Assembly (NCBI RefSeq): GCF_004010195.1 | Contig: NC_057717.1 | Location: forward strand, 103,218,985-103,255,693 | DNA: 36,709 nucleotides | DNA from: Chiloscyllium plagiosum | Lineage: Eukaryota | Direction: 5' to 3' | Shown: positions 11,206-22,244 of the stretch, one piece after another | How the letters are laid out: each line of letters begins with the position of its first letter | Position numbering within the stretch: the first letter of the stretch is position 1 | Notes under the pieces: model-generated | Told to the model about the DNA's origin: nothing | The model's input: only the letters and a program-made list of their open reading frames with translations | The model's database searches: none | Translations under genes and position numbers: made by a program

Positions 11206-12324
11206 AATGTTTAATTCTTGATTTGCCTCAGAGCACTGAAGAGACGGCAGTGATTTCTGAGTGTGTAAAAAGTTTGTTTAGAGGACTTTAAAATATCTCT
11301 GCCATCACAGAATGTCTACTTGCATACTTGCAGCTCAGTTTCTAAGTCTTTCTGTTAACTTTAGCTCTGAGTCCACCCTCAGGCTTAATCAATCACAATT
11401 CAAATGGATTATTTCCCACACTCTCACAATCAAACATAGAACAGTTATACTGGAGCTTGACTTTCAATTGAGAACGTTGACAGGTTTCAATTGATCACTC
11501 AGGACAGTTCCAGGATCACTGAAAATGAGTGACCCTAGAAGACAGGATGTGTGTGTGAGAGCAAGGAAAGCAGAATGAAACAGACTCCTAGGCTGCTGTT
11601 AGTGTGTTGCAAAACCCGGCTGAAGTACAGAGATTATGTGTAGCTGGCACTCAGGAAAGTCCTGAGCAGGTAAATAGCTCTGTATGGCGAGTACTCAGAG
11701 AAATTCCAGGAGCTGTGAAGGGCTCAAAAGAAGTTGGTCTACAATAAATAAGTCAGTACTGCGGATAGTGGGGTTAAAATTCCTCAAGCAGTTTTTGCTT
11801 TGTGTAATCGAGCCCTATCAGAGATCGGGAAATGAAACGAGGGCAGCGCAGGTTTGGTAATGCTCCCAGTTTGTGAAAAGCGGAAATTGTGTCCGTGAGT
11901 ATATGCTGGAGTGTAGTTTTCAGAACTCAGACATGGGTAGTACAGAAAAGGAAGGTCAGAGCAGAATGCATTCGGACAGTTCATGTTCAAATGGCTTTTG
12001 TTGGCGATCCAAGGCAAGTCATTGAAAGTGAAGCAGTGTAATCCCTTCTGAATATTTACTGAGATGTGTCGACCCTAGAGGAGTGTCATCACTGAGAAAC
12101 CTGTGGGATCTTTTTGATTGCATTTGCTATTTGATGTATTCTGTGGGACTGGACCATTGTTTTTCTGGTACTCATACGTGCCTCATGTTAAGTTTTGGGT
12201 TTAGAATATAACTCATATCTAGCTTCACCCTTTCTAAATCTTTGTTTATCAATAATCTTTGCGTATTTCTTTGAGTAACGTTTATTTTAAAAAAAACTTG
12301 TTATTCTTTATTGATGAAGGATAC

Positions 12325-12927
12325 TGTTATGGACTAGGCCAGATCCCTCTAAACATTTTTAAGCAGGTAGCCCAGACTGTAACTTTGCTATTTGTTTAGC
12401 TCGGTGGATATTCTCGGAGTAAATTGGTTGGATTGACTGCCAAGTTTTAAATAAGCAAAATTTATTTACAAAATTATTGAATTAAACACAAAGAACAGAA
12501 AACAGAATGCCAGATACTTATCCTATCCAAACCCAACTCAGTGATGCTGTTCCAAAAATACTTACAACAGGCCCAATACACACATCCCTTAGCACAAATA
12601 GTAAACAATAGCACAGGCAACTTACAGTTCAAAATCATAAGAGTAAAGGACAGAGAGAAGGCTTCCAGTTTTCCCGAGACTCTTACTCAACTCACTCCCA
12701 AACTTTATTGAACTACACAACCAGAGAGCTGGCCATGCCCACTTAACTATACCAGTTTTTCAAAAGGCCTTTTAAACATTTGGTCTGAAGCACTATCTGT
12801 TAAGGTAAGCAACAAGGCCCCAATGAACCGTTCAATCTTCAGACACGATGGAGCCTGACCAATTACCTCCCTCTCTGAAAAAAACCTCAAGGGTAAAGTA
12901 ACCTTGTACCAGACCAGTATTGTGACA
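12325..12927. mobile_element. Solo LTR (603 bp)
   Basis: TGTTAT...GTGACA termini; exact 4-bp TSD ATAC at 12321-12324 and 12928-12931. Confidence 0.8.
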
Positions 12928-13196
12928 ATACCGAATTGAATAGTGACTGATATTAAATCAGATACAGTCCAAAACTTATAAAATAAACCATATCATCACA
13001 CTGATTCAGTTTAATATTTGTTATGAGGAATGAAACAGTGAGACCACAGAGAGTTGGTGCCCCCTTAGTCATAACAATTTGTAGAGTTGATATTCCTCTG
13101 TTTAATATTTACACAAGTCTTGAACTGATTGGTTTCAAAATTCAACACACTTCTGGTGTGACAGGAGGCTAGGTGAATGCAGCTGTAGCATCGATT

Positions 13197-13291
13197 GCGT
13201 TTTGGATACACACACCAACAGGATACACACACACACTGTATTAAGAACCTGGGCGTTTTGGATACACACACACTGTATTAAGAACCTGGGC
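13197..13291. repeat. Short local duplication with (AC)n
   Basis: GGATACACACACACTGTATTAAGAACCTGGG occurs twice and GCGTTTTGGATACACACAC occurs twice. Confidence 0.85.
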
Positions 13292-13579
13292 CAACTGACA
13301 ACTGCGTTTCTGCACAAACTCATTTAAGACAGGATCCTCCTGCTGGCTGAGGTATGCTTCTCATTAATCAAATCTGCACTCAATCACAGCTCCCACAAGT
13401 GACAGGTCATCTAATAATAAACACGAAATAAAGCTTATTGAGAAAATAGCTGTGCTCTGTGCTCGCTATCTCAATTTGTCTTTTAAATTTCACTTTATGT
13501 TATTGTTTATGAAAAGGTGCTATGCCATGAAGCTGCCCAGAGAGGTGTTGGCACAGTGCTAACAGCATTGGTCAAGCAA

Positions 13580-13927
13580 GGGATGGTAGCTCAGTGGTTG
13601 ACACTGCTGCCTCACAGTACCAGGGACCCAGGTTTAATTCCAGCCTCAGGCGTCTGTCTGTATGGAGTTTGCACATTCTCCCCCGTGTCTGCGTGGGTTT
13701 CCTCTGGATGCTCCAGTTTCCTCCCACAGTCCAAAGACGTGCAGGTTAGATGATTTGGCCATGCTACATTGTGCATAGTGTTCAGGGGTGTGTAGATTAG
13801 TTGCATCAGTCGGGGGTAAATGTTGAGTAATAGGGTTGGGGAATGGGTTTGGGTGGGTTACTCTTCAGAGAGTCGGTGTGGACTTGTTGGGCTGAAGAGC
13901 CTGTTTCCACACTGTGGGGATTCTATG
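13580..13927 (+). mobile_element. HE1-type V-SINE
   Basis: tRNA head, V-domain and CR1-like tail ending GGGATTCTATG. Confidence 0.9.
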
Positions 13928-14009
13928 AAACTCAAGCTAACTTTCAGGGTCACGTAGGTTCAAGTCTTCAACCCCAGCAGCTAGTGGTGTTTAAATTCAA
14001 TAAATAAAG

Positions 14010-14510
14010 CCAAAGGTTGAGGAATACAATCCTGCAATGAGTTACTCACCTCCTGTCTGACTCCCCAAAACTACATCCACCTTCTACAAAGCACAGGTCA
14101 GGAGGGTGATGGAATACTCCCCCACTTACTACAATGAGGGTAACTTGACACCATCCAGGCCACATGTCATGTGAGCCAAACACTCAGAGGGTCTGTGGAC
14201 AACCATCATTATATAAACACAGTTCTGGAACTTAAGGGTCCATGGAGCAGCAGAGAGGGAATGTCATCCCATCCACTCCCTCCACCGCCGACACTCAGTA
14301 GCAGCAGCGTTCATCATTGAGAAAATGCACTGCAGAAATTCACCCAGTGTTGCTGGGTCAAAAGCCTGGAGCTCCCTGCGTAACAGCATTGTGGGTGTTC
14401 CTACACCCCCAAGCCCTCCTGAGGTTCAGGTAGTTCCAGCACCATCTTGCCCAGGGTCATTAGAGATGATCAATAAATGGTGACATGACCCACATCCCGT
14501 GAATGGAAGA
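14010..14510 (+). mobile_element. CR1-group LINE (second family) degenerate 3' fragment inside a SINE B
   Basis: Similar to 8420-8975 and 35735-36240; SINE B pieces lie at ~13940-14010 and 14520-14835. Confidence 0.65.
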
Positions 14511-14519
14511 GAACAACAC

Positions 14520-14835
14520 TGGAAGCTGGTCTCGGTGATGATCACCATGACAACCATCAGCATCAAAGCCAATCCAGGTCACCAATGTCCTGTAGGGAAG
14601 GAAGCTGCTTTCCTTACCTGGTCTGGCCTACATGTAACTCCAGACCCACAGGAATGTGGTTGACTCGTAAGTGCCCTTTAAAATTGCCCTGAGTAGACAG
14701 GGAGAAGGCTGGAAGAACCCTCCTCCAGGACCCTTCTTTGGATTCCAGCATCTGCAGTTTCTTTGGCACTCGGTTCAAAGGGCAGGTAGGGATGGGCAAC
14801 AGACGCTGCCCCTTGCCAACGTGAAACGTGAAATA
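14520..14835 (+). mobile_element. SINE family B 3' part with small PLE-derived insert (~14690-14765)
   Basis: CCTTACCTGGTCTGGCCTACATGTAACTCCAGACCCACAG; insert has AGGCTGGAAGAA and TCCAGCATCTGCAG PLE-end motifs. Confidence 0.65.
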
Positions 14836-14859
14836 CCTTTTGAGAAGCATGGGTAAACT

Positions 14860-15010
14860 GGACCTCAGTTCAACATCTCACCAGGAAGCCGGCACTCTCA
14901 TGCTGGAGTTATCAGGCAGGTCTGTTTGCTCAAGTTTCATGGTGTGGAGTAGAACCCACAACATTCCTGACTCAGAGATATATGTGTTACCCGCTGACCA
15001 CAAACTGACA
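14860..15010 (-). mobile_element. Deu-type SINE 5' remnant
   Basis: TGCTCAAGT...GAACCCACAAC-TTC-TGACTCAGAG is the reverse complement of a tRNA-like head, similar to 28060-28190. Confidence 0.5.
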
Positions 15011-15182
15011 CCTGATGAGCAGTTTAATAGATTTGGGAGCTGATGGATTATTTCTGCCTGAATTGGAGGATATAAAAAGTAACAAGACTGAATCATCAGT
15101 CTCATGTGCCCACTTGACATTATTTGAATGACCCTGAAAACGCTCATTTGAAAGATATTCCGATTGTTTCTATGCTTCTTAC

Positions 15183-15272
15183 CTCTGTGGTTCTGACAAA
15201 AACAATTATTCCAGTGCTAACTATCTCTGGAAGTTGAACTTCACTGATTTCTTTTTTAATTTCCAGTCTGCT
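15183..15272 (-). CDS. Candidate 90-nt phase 0-0 exon on minus strand
   Basis: TCTATTTCTGTTTGCCAAAG acceptor and GAG|GTAAGA donor; single open frame SRLEIKKEISEVQLPEIVSTGIIVFVRTTE. Confidence 0.25.
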
Positions 15273-15957
15273 CTTTGGCAAACAGAAATAGATTAAAAGC
15301 TCAGGAATAAATGCTGTCGATGGACTAAACACGCTAATAATTTCGTTATAAAAGGGAGATTATTTAATTAAATATTTAAATTGAGACATCAGAACATATT
15401 CCTTGAGTCTCACTTTCCAGCTCCCTTCCATAGATTGCATTGAATTAAAGGAGCACATTAACTTCTCTGTACATGAGACTTCTGCATTGCTGGACTTCCT
15501 GAGGACTTGACCAGAAAACAGCATTAGTAATTCTGATCAGGCAACTCAATGAAAAGTTCTAAAGAATTGGAAACTTAAGGCAATCAATAGCACTCACTGT
15601 CCTTCAGAAATGTATCAACCATCTGTGCAGCTTTCACTGTATCTGAGTCTTTGAATGAGGATGAAATCAGTCTGTATTGGATTCAGTAAGGAGGCTAAAT
15701 CCACACTTACCCAAGCGACTGAAGTTCACATGCTTGATGTGCCTATTGTTCCTTCAAATAAGTCAACTAATTATCATCCTCTTTTTTTTGACTATTTGGA
15801 GATTAACGGTTTTGACAGAGTGCAGAAGCATCAGATTTCCCTCTGGTGTCCATCTAAAGGAGCATGGTCCCAGCAGAATGCTTCCTGCTTTAACTATCCT
15901 GGTGGCTGGAAAATCCTGCTGGTTTTGGGACAGAGACAGGGTTGGTGTTGACTGACG

Positions 15958-16034
15958 ATGGAGCACCTGCACAAAACCATATCCAGTCGATCTGCAACTG
16001 GCATATTGTGGTTCCCCAGCACTGATGAAGAGAG
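15958..16034 (+). CDS. Candidate first coding exon (or 15-nt microexon 16020-16034)
   Basis: Kozak-like GACGATGG with in-frame TGA 9 nt upstream; MEHLHKTISSRSATGILWFPSTDEE; consensus donor GAG|GTAAGT. Confidence 0.35.
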
Positions 16035-16055
16035 GTAAGTATGGAAGAAGGAAAT

Positions 16056-16398
16056 CATAAAATCCCAATAGCATGGAAAGAGGCCATTTAGCCCATCGAA
16101 TTTGCACCGACCCTCTGAGGAACATCCCACCCAGACTCAACCCTCCACCATATCTCTGTAACCCTGCATTTCCCATGGCTAGCCCACCTATCGCTGGACC
16201 CCACGGAGCAATTTAGCGTGGCCAATCCACCCTAACCCGCACATCTTTGGACTGTGGGTGGAAGTCAGAGCACTTGGAGAAAACCCACGCAGACACGGGG
16301 AGAATGTGCAAACGCCACACAGACATTCGCAGGAAGCTGGAATCAAACCTGGGTCCCTGGCACTGTGGGGCAGCAGTGCTAACCACTGTGCCACCTCC
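16056..16398 (-). mobile_element. HE1-type V-SINE
   Basis: Reverse complement of the HE1 head, V-domain and tail. Confidence 0.9.
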
Positions 16399-16631
16399 TT
16401 GTCTCTCTTTATACTGAAAAACACATCACCTCAGCACTTGCCTGGAACTCTGGTTCCAGGAGCCAAAGAATGTAAGGAGTCATCTTTCCATACAGTTGAA
16501 GATCCACTCCAGAGGCGTAAGCATATCGAGGCTGACACTTCAAATATGGTCCTGAGGGAATGCACTGAAAAGCCTGGTTCCAGTTTTAGTGTTGCTTGTA
16601 ACCTTGTGTTCTTGTACCCCGCACTTAGCAG

Positions 16632-16671
16632 GGGGGAATGACTCCCCGATCGCCCAGCTTTCCTCGCAAGG
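16632..16671 (+). CDS. Candidate 40-nt exon
   Basis: Pyrimidine tract plus TAGCAG (NAGNAG) acceptor and AGG|GTAAGA donor; GGMTPRSPSFPRK or GNDSPIAQLSSQ; CpGs retained. Confidence 0.3.
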
Positions 16672-17582
16672 GTAAGAAACCAATCTACCTCTCCCAAGTA
16701 CTATCCCGGTGCGACAGACTGGAATGGCGAAACAAAGGCTGTGAGGGTTTCAGTGGAGGAACAGCCTCTGAATTCACATTGCCTGCATGATGCCATGGCA
16801 GACCTGCTGAGATATAAGAGGAGGTGCAGATACAGTCCTTCCTGCAAGAACACGATAGTTGCATTTTTGTGCGGCCTCGCGCTATAGAAAGCCACGCTAT
16901 AACAATAACAGGGTTTAAGGAAAAAAGTAGGGTTGGGGCAGATCACCAAAACTATTGTTCAAAATCAATTCAAATATAGTAATTAGCCTAACACAAAGGA
17001 TAGCGCATTTTAAATAAATGTTAGATTCATATCTAATAATGATATAATACAGTAAATTTAACGCTTTCCCTTGAAAAACTTTGAAGTTAACTTGACGGGA
17101 GCAGTGGCTTTGAGGTTATTAAGACAGGGGTTGAGGGTCATTACCAGGATGCTTTTTGCAAACATTCTTGTTACTTTGTCCTCCCATAATTTTGAGAACA
17201 CAGCAGAATTTGCAAAATTACCCAAAAATTAGAGAGTGCCTCTCATAAAGCATTTCACAACAAAGCACGCAAGTCATCTGAACACGATGTTTACATAGAG
17301 ACTGTTTTGGTGTTAACATTATATTCCTCCACCCACTACGACACTTAGTGCAGGGGGTGGAATCACATAACAGCCAACACACATATGTGAAAGGTCGCAT
17401 TTTACAAACAACATTCAGCTATTAATCAATCCCATTAAAGCCTATTCGCTTGGACGAAACACGCATAAAAGCAGAAAGGACTGTACCATATTGTTCATGG
17501 TTCTGAGAAAGTTAACATTGAAGCTTCATTAGTTCATTAAAATATGATGTTGTCCCACCCAGTCAATTGACTGGAGTTCCAG

Positions 17583-17729
17583 GAGAAAGTGAGGACTGCA
17601 GGTGCTGGAGATCAGAGTCAAAATGTGTGGTACTGGAAAAGCAGGTCAGGCAGCATCTGAGGAGCAGGAAGGTCGATGTTTCAAGGGTAAGGTCTGCTGT
17701 GCTTTTCCAGCACTACACTTTTTGACCAG
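17583..17729. mobile_element. Foldback PLE terminal-repeat insertion with 11-bp flanking direct repeat
   Basis: Minus-strand pLTR followed by a short plus-strand copy; TGGAGTTCCAG at 17572-17582 and 17730-17740. Confidence 0.8.
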
Positions 17730-17779
17730 TGGAGTTCCAGTCTAACCTTCATGAGGAACTGATATATTCTGTACAGCTC

Positions 17780-18625
17780 CTGAGGGTCCTTTGTCATTAT
17801 GTCTGACCAGTAATGTAAGCGATGCCTTTTGGCTTTTATTTCAAAGGGAGTGAGGGAAGAAGGCTTTCCTGAAGCTAACAAAACACTCATCAGACCACAG
17901 CTGGAATAGGGTGAACAGTTTTATGCCCCTTGTCTAAAGTACAATCACCACAGTCCCAGTCATTAATTGGAGAAAATCAACTGGGGATGGTTTAATCTGA
18001 GGGTCTGCATCTCAGGCAAGGGGGGGAATTAACTTCATTGGTAACCTCAAGGTACAGGAATCGAACCCTTGCTATTGGTGTCACTACACATTGCAAACCA
18101 GTTAGCCAGCCAACAGAGCTAAAGAAAGATACAGTGGTATGGGAGACAGTCCAGAGAAGGTTCACTAGGCAGGTATGCTGAGACTGTCTTATGAAGAGTG
18201 ATTGAATACGTTGGACCCAAACTCAATAGAATTCAGAAGAATGGGAGGTGACCTGATTGAAATATCCAACATTCCTAAAGGACTCGTTAGGATAAATGCG
18301 GAAAGGTTGTTTATCCCTTATGGGAGAGTCAAGGGTAAGAGGGCATAATCTCAGAATAAGGGGTAGCACATTTAAGTCAGAGATGTGGAGAAATTTCCTC
18401 TATCAAAGGGTAGGGAATCTGTGTTACTGCAGGGGGCTATTCAAGTTGGGTCGTTAAGTATATTCAAGGCTGGGATTGTCTGATTTTCAATTAGGAAAGG
18501 ATTCAAGGGCTTTGGGGGAAAGGCAGAAACATGGAGTTGAGGATTATCAGATCAACAATGATCTAATTGAATAGAGGAGCTGATTCGATGGGCTGAATAG
18601 CCTGCTGCTATGTTTTATGGTCTTG
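17780..18625 (+). mobile_element. Degenerate CR1 LINE 3' fragment interrupted by a SINE
   Basis: AGACCACAGCTGGAATA, GAGGTGACCTGATTGAAA and GATGGGCTGAATAGCCT tail motifs. Confidence 0.8.
17942..18122 (-). mobile_element. tRNA-derived SINE (third family)
   Basis: Minus strand TTAGCTCTGTTGG (A box)...GGTTCGATTCC (B box); interrupts the CR1. Confidence 0.6.
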
Positions 18626-18677
18626 TTGCTATCATGCAATTACCCATTAAAAAAAACACAAAGTCCTAGACACTTTA

Positions 18678-18778
18678 TTCTGAAGAGGAATCATGTTGCG
18701 TTTAAAATACTAACGCTGTTTCTGTTACCATGGATACTTCCAGATCTCCTGCGTTTCTCCAGCACTTTCTGCTTTTAA
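18678..18778 (+). mobile_element. Old PLE terminal remnant
   Basis: TTCTGAAGAGG...CCAGATCTCCTGCGTTTCTCCAGCACTTTCTG. Confidence 0.5.
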
Positions 18779-18913
18779 ATTCAACTAATGTGAACTAAGA
18801 GAATTATCTTTAATGTTTAGATTGCCAGTGGTCTATCCTCTACGACTGATCAATAGACAGGCCCTAGATGTGGTACAGTCAAAGAGGGATTTGTGGAAGT
18901 GAATTCTTCTAAC

Positions 18914-19395
18914 AACACGGTGGCTCAGTGGTTAGCACTGCTGCCTCATAGTGCCAGGGACAGAGGTTCGATTCCAGCCTCAGACGACTGTCTGTGTGGA
19001 ATTTGCACATTCTCCCCGTGTCTGTGTGGATTTCCTCCCACAATCCAAAGATGTACAGGTTAGGGTGGATTGGCCACGTTAAATTGCCCATAGTGCTCAG
19101 GAATGTGCAGGCTAAATGGGTTAGCCATGGAGAAATGCAGGATTACAGGGTAGATTAGATTAAATTCTCTACAGTGTGGAAACAGGCCCTTCGGTCCAAC
19201 AAGTTCACACCAACTCCGAACAGTTAACCCATTTCCCTCTGACTAATGCACCTAACACTATGGACAATTTACCATGGCCAATTCACCTGAGCCGCCCATT
19301 GTGGGTAGAAGGGTGGGACTGGGTGGGATGCTGTTCGGAGGGTCGGTGTGGATTCAATGGTCCAAGTGGCCTGTTTCCAGACAGTAGGAATTCCT
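18914..19395 (+). mobile_element. HE1 SINE containing an antisense HE1 3' fragment (19155-19302)
   Basis: Insert flanked by GGGTAGA at 19148-19154 and 19303-19309. Confidence 0.85.
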
Positions 19396-20205
19396 TGAAA
19401 CCCTTTCGCTGTCCTGAGGTATGGCAGGTACCATGAGGTGACAATGAGAGCAAATGCCACACTAGCTGCAGTGGGACTATTAAGCTGTAGAGCTCTGACA
19501 AAATTAATGTTCACAGCAGGTCCCAGAATCTCTGAACCTTTTGCTCAAGCTCCAGTGTGCTTGTCACAAAATAACAGATCTCCCAGCCTTTAAATCAAAT
19601 AAAGCTCTAGAAATGTTTCTAGGTAAATGGAGTTAGACTTAACTCATCACAAAATCCATTTTCATTGCCCAGTGGCGCAGTGTTTTCAGACCCATTGAGC
19701 CCTCGACTGAATTCTTCCATCAGACTGCAACCCGTGGTGATTGAAAACATCCAAGTGCATCTGGTTCGGAAGACTTTCAACAGGGCAAATCACTCTTGGC
19801 AGTTAACAAATGTGTAATTCTCAAATGACACTTCACCATTTGTTTAGAGCTCATGTGCCTCCAGTATCAGGGTTTGATGATGAATATAAATTTTTTTGTA
19901 CGTTTTAAAAACCAAGGCGTTTGCAAGATCGAACCCGTTCACTGGGGAACTCCCCAAGTAGATTCACACTGAGGTGTTCTCCAGTGTCCAACACAGATAA
20001 ACAAACAGGAATGTAGTAGACATTTGAAATGTTGGGTCATCAGGTCAAATGAGTTTGACAGAGGGATTAAATGATGTAGCTATAATCTAATCCATGCAGA
20101 GGAGACTAATCAAGTGATTGTCTATTCACAGCTCACAGGATTATCCATTTCCATTGTGTATAAACCACAACCCTGTCTGATTCCTAGGAAAGGAAAAGGA
20201 AATTT

Positions 20206-20516
20206 GATTTAGATTAGATTCCCTACAGTGTGGGAACAGGCCCTTCGGCCCAGCAAGTCCACACTGACCCTTTGAAGAGTAACCCACCCAGGCCCATTTC
20301 CCTCTGACAAATGCACCTCGCACTATGGGCAATTTAGCATGGCCAATTCACCTGGTCTGCACATCTTTGGACTGTGGGAGGAAACCGGAGCACCCGGAGG
20401 AAACCCACGCAGACACGGGGAGAATGTGCAAACTCCACACAGACAGTCACCCGAGGCTGGAATCGAACCTGGGTCCCTGGCAGTGTGAGGTAGAAGTGCT
20501 AACCACTGTGCCGCCC
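20206..20516 (-). mobile_element. HE1-type V-SINE, well preserved
   Basis: Full head, V-domain and (TAGAT)n tail; CpGs retained. Confidence 0.92.
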
Positions 20517-20829
20517 TCTTGGAATTTAAGATACACAGCAGCTATTTTTATTTTCACACAAATGGCTTCCACAAAGAGCAGAACTGTGGAACCTTACACA
20601 GAAATTTTGAAGTGTTTGTTGAACAAATATCACACAGAATCACACAGAACAGAAGAGGCGTTTGGTCCATCGAGTCTGGAGCTAGACCAAAGCGACTCAA
20701 GTCCTACTTTTCAGCTCTCGGCCCACGTATTGAATGGTGAGATATCTCATCCGACTACTTTTTAAAGGTTATGAGGTTTCCCACCTGAACTACCCTCCCC
20801 GGCACGGCATTCCAGATTCCACCCCCCCC

Positions 20830-21210
20830 ACAGGGTGGAAGTACTTTTCCATAGGAGGTTGAGGGATGACCTTATAGAAGTTTACAGAATAATGAGGGGC
20901 ATAGCTTGGGTAAATGGTCGGTGTCTTTTCCGTAGGGTGGGGGATTTCAAGACCAGGGAGCATATTTTTGAGGTGAGAGGACAGGGATTTAAAAAAGACA
21001 TGAGGGGCCAAGTTCTTTACACAGAGGGTGGTTCACGTGTGGAATGAACTCCTAGAGGAAGTGATGGATATGGGAATAATGTTTAAAAGACATTTGGTTA
21101 GATACACAAATAGGAAAGGTTTGGAGGGATATGGACCAGGAGCAGGCAGGTGGGACTAGTTTAGTTTGGGATTATGGACTGGTTGGACTGAAGGGTCTGC
21201 TTATATGCTG
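20830..21210 (+). mobile_element. CR1 LINE 3' fragment (an antisense CR1-like tail lies at ~20630-20830)
   Basis: ORF 20835..21047 RRLRDDLIEVYRIMRG. Confidence 0.88.
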
Positions 21211-21234
21211 TGTGTGTATATGTGTATGCCTATA

Positions 21235-21972
21235 TTCGATGTGGAAGGAGGAAGCCATGTCAACAGCACTGTTATGCATCCAAACAGATACAATGTAGGT
21301 GAAGAACTGGGAGAATGGGATGGAATCTTTGCAGGACATGGGGTGTGAAGAGTTGTATTGAAGGTAACAGTGGTCTACTCTATGCTGGAGAAACCAAACA
21401 TAGACTGGGTGACCGCTTTGCAGAACACCTCCAGTCTGTGTGCAAGCATAATCCTGACCTTCCTGTAGCTGGTCATTTTAACACAGCATCCTGCTCGCGT
21501 GCCCACTTGTCTGTCCTTATCATGCTGCTGTCCTCCCATGAATCACAGCACAATATCTCATCTTTAGACCTCATCTCATCTCACTTCCTGGACTTAATAC
21601 TGAGTTTAACATCTTCAGATTGTGAACACATTCCCATTCTTTCCCTTTCTTTTAGCTTGTTGTATTCTCTATCACCATGTCTTCTCTCCCCTTCCCACCC
21701 CAGTGAGACTGTCTGTTGTCTCCAGTCTGGCAGTTCGACACCCCATTGTTCTGCCATTCTCACATTCCGATCACTTAGTCTGAACTATCAACATCCTTTC
21801 ACCCCCAGCACTCTATACCCCAGCACTCCGCTCAACTATAGTATACGTGCTGCCCCCTCCTCACTTCACGTCAGCTCTGCTGAAGAGTCATCTAGATTAG
21901 AAACATTAGCTTGCTCTCTCTCCATGGACGCTGCCTGGCCTGTTGTGATCTCCAGCACGTTTTGTTTTCAGT
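21235..21972 (+). mobile_element. PLE with 5' inversion: RT C-terminal piece (minus) joined to GIY-YIG endonuclease piece and 3' end (plus)
   Basis: Plus: LLYAGETKHRLGDRFAEHLQSV...LPVAGHFN; minus ~21300-21372: HCYLQYNSSHPMSCKDSIPFSQF; hammerhead-like motif at 21873-21911. Confidence 0.85.
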
Positions 21973-22244
21973 CAGCATTAAAGGCAAAGTAGCAACATCA
22001 TTATGATATTGGCTTAGGGACAAAGCAGACAAGAGGGAAGAACAGAAGGGGGCTATTTGGCCCATCATGCTGATACCAGCTCTTTGGTAGTAATTGTAAT
22101 CAAGACAATTCAGTTCCCACTAATACAGTTCAAGCCATTTGGAATAATTGTAATTAAGACATATCTATCTTTTCTCTCATGGACAGTTTATTGACTTCCT
22201 CAGTCTTACACCTCTCATTCTACATTAAGCAAACATTCCCTGCT

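Noticed and set aside
13019..13076. 58-bp mini-element bounded by TGTTATGA/TCATAACA
   Set aside because: Flanks (TATT vs ATTT) are not a TSD; probably coincidental or the end of a larger LTR
13197..13291. CRISPR-like repeat-spacer pattern
   Set aside because: Only two imperfect copies around an (AC)n tract in eukaryotic DNA; a slippage duplication
15010..15030. CTGATGA as another hammerhead core (also at 16022)
   Set aside because: No stem II-GAAA arrangement downstream; chance 7-mers
20325..20765. Recurrent 'CTSLDCGRKPEHPEETHADTG' ORFs as a gene family
   Set aside because: These are translations of the HE1 SINE V-domain
21315..21992. 225-aa ORF as a host GIY-YIG gene
   Set aside because: Chimera of an inverted RT fragment, a short endonuclease piece and read-through into the PLE 3' non-coding region
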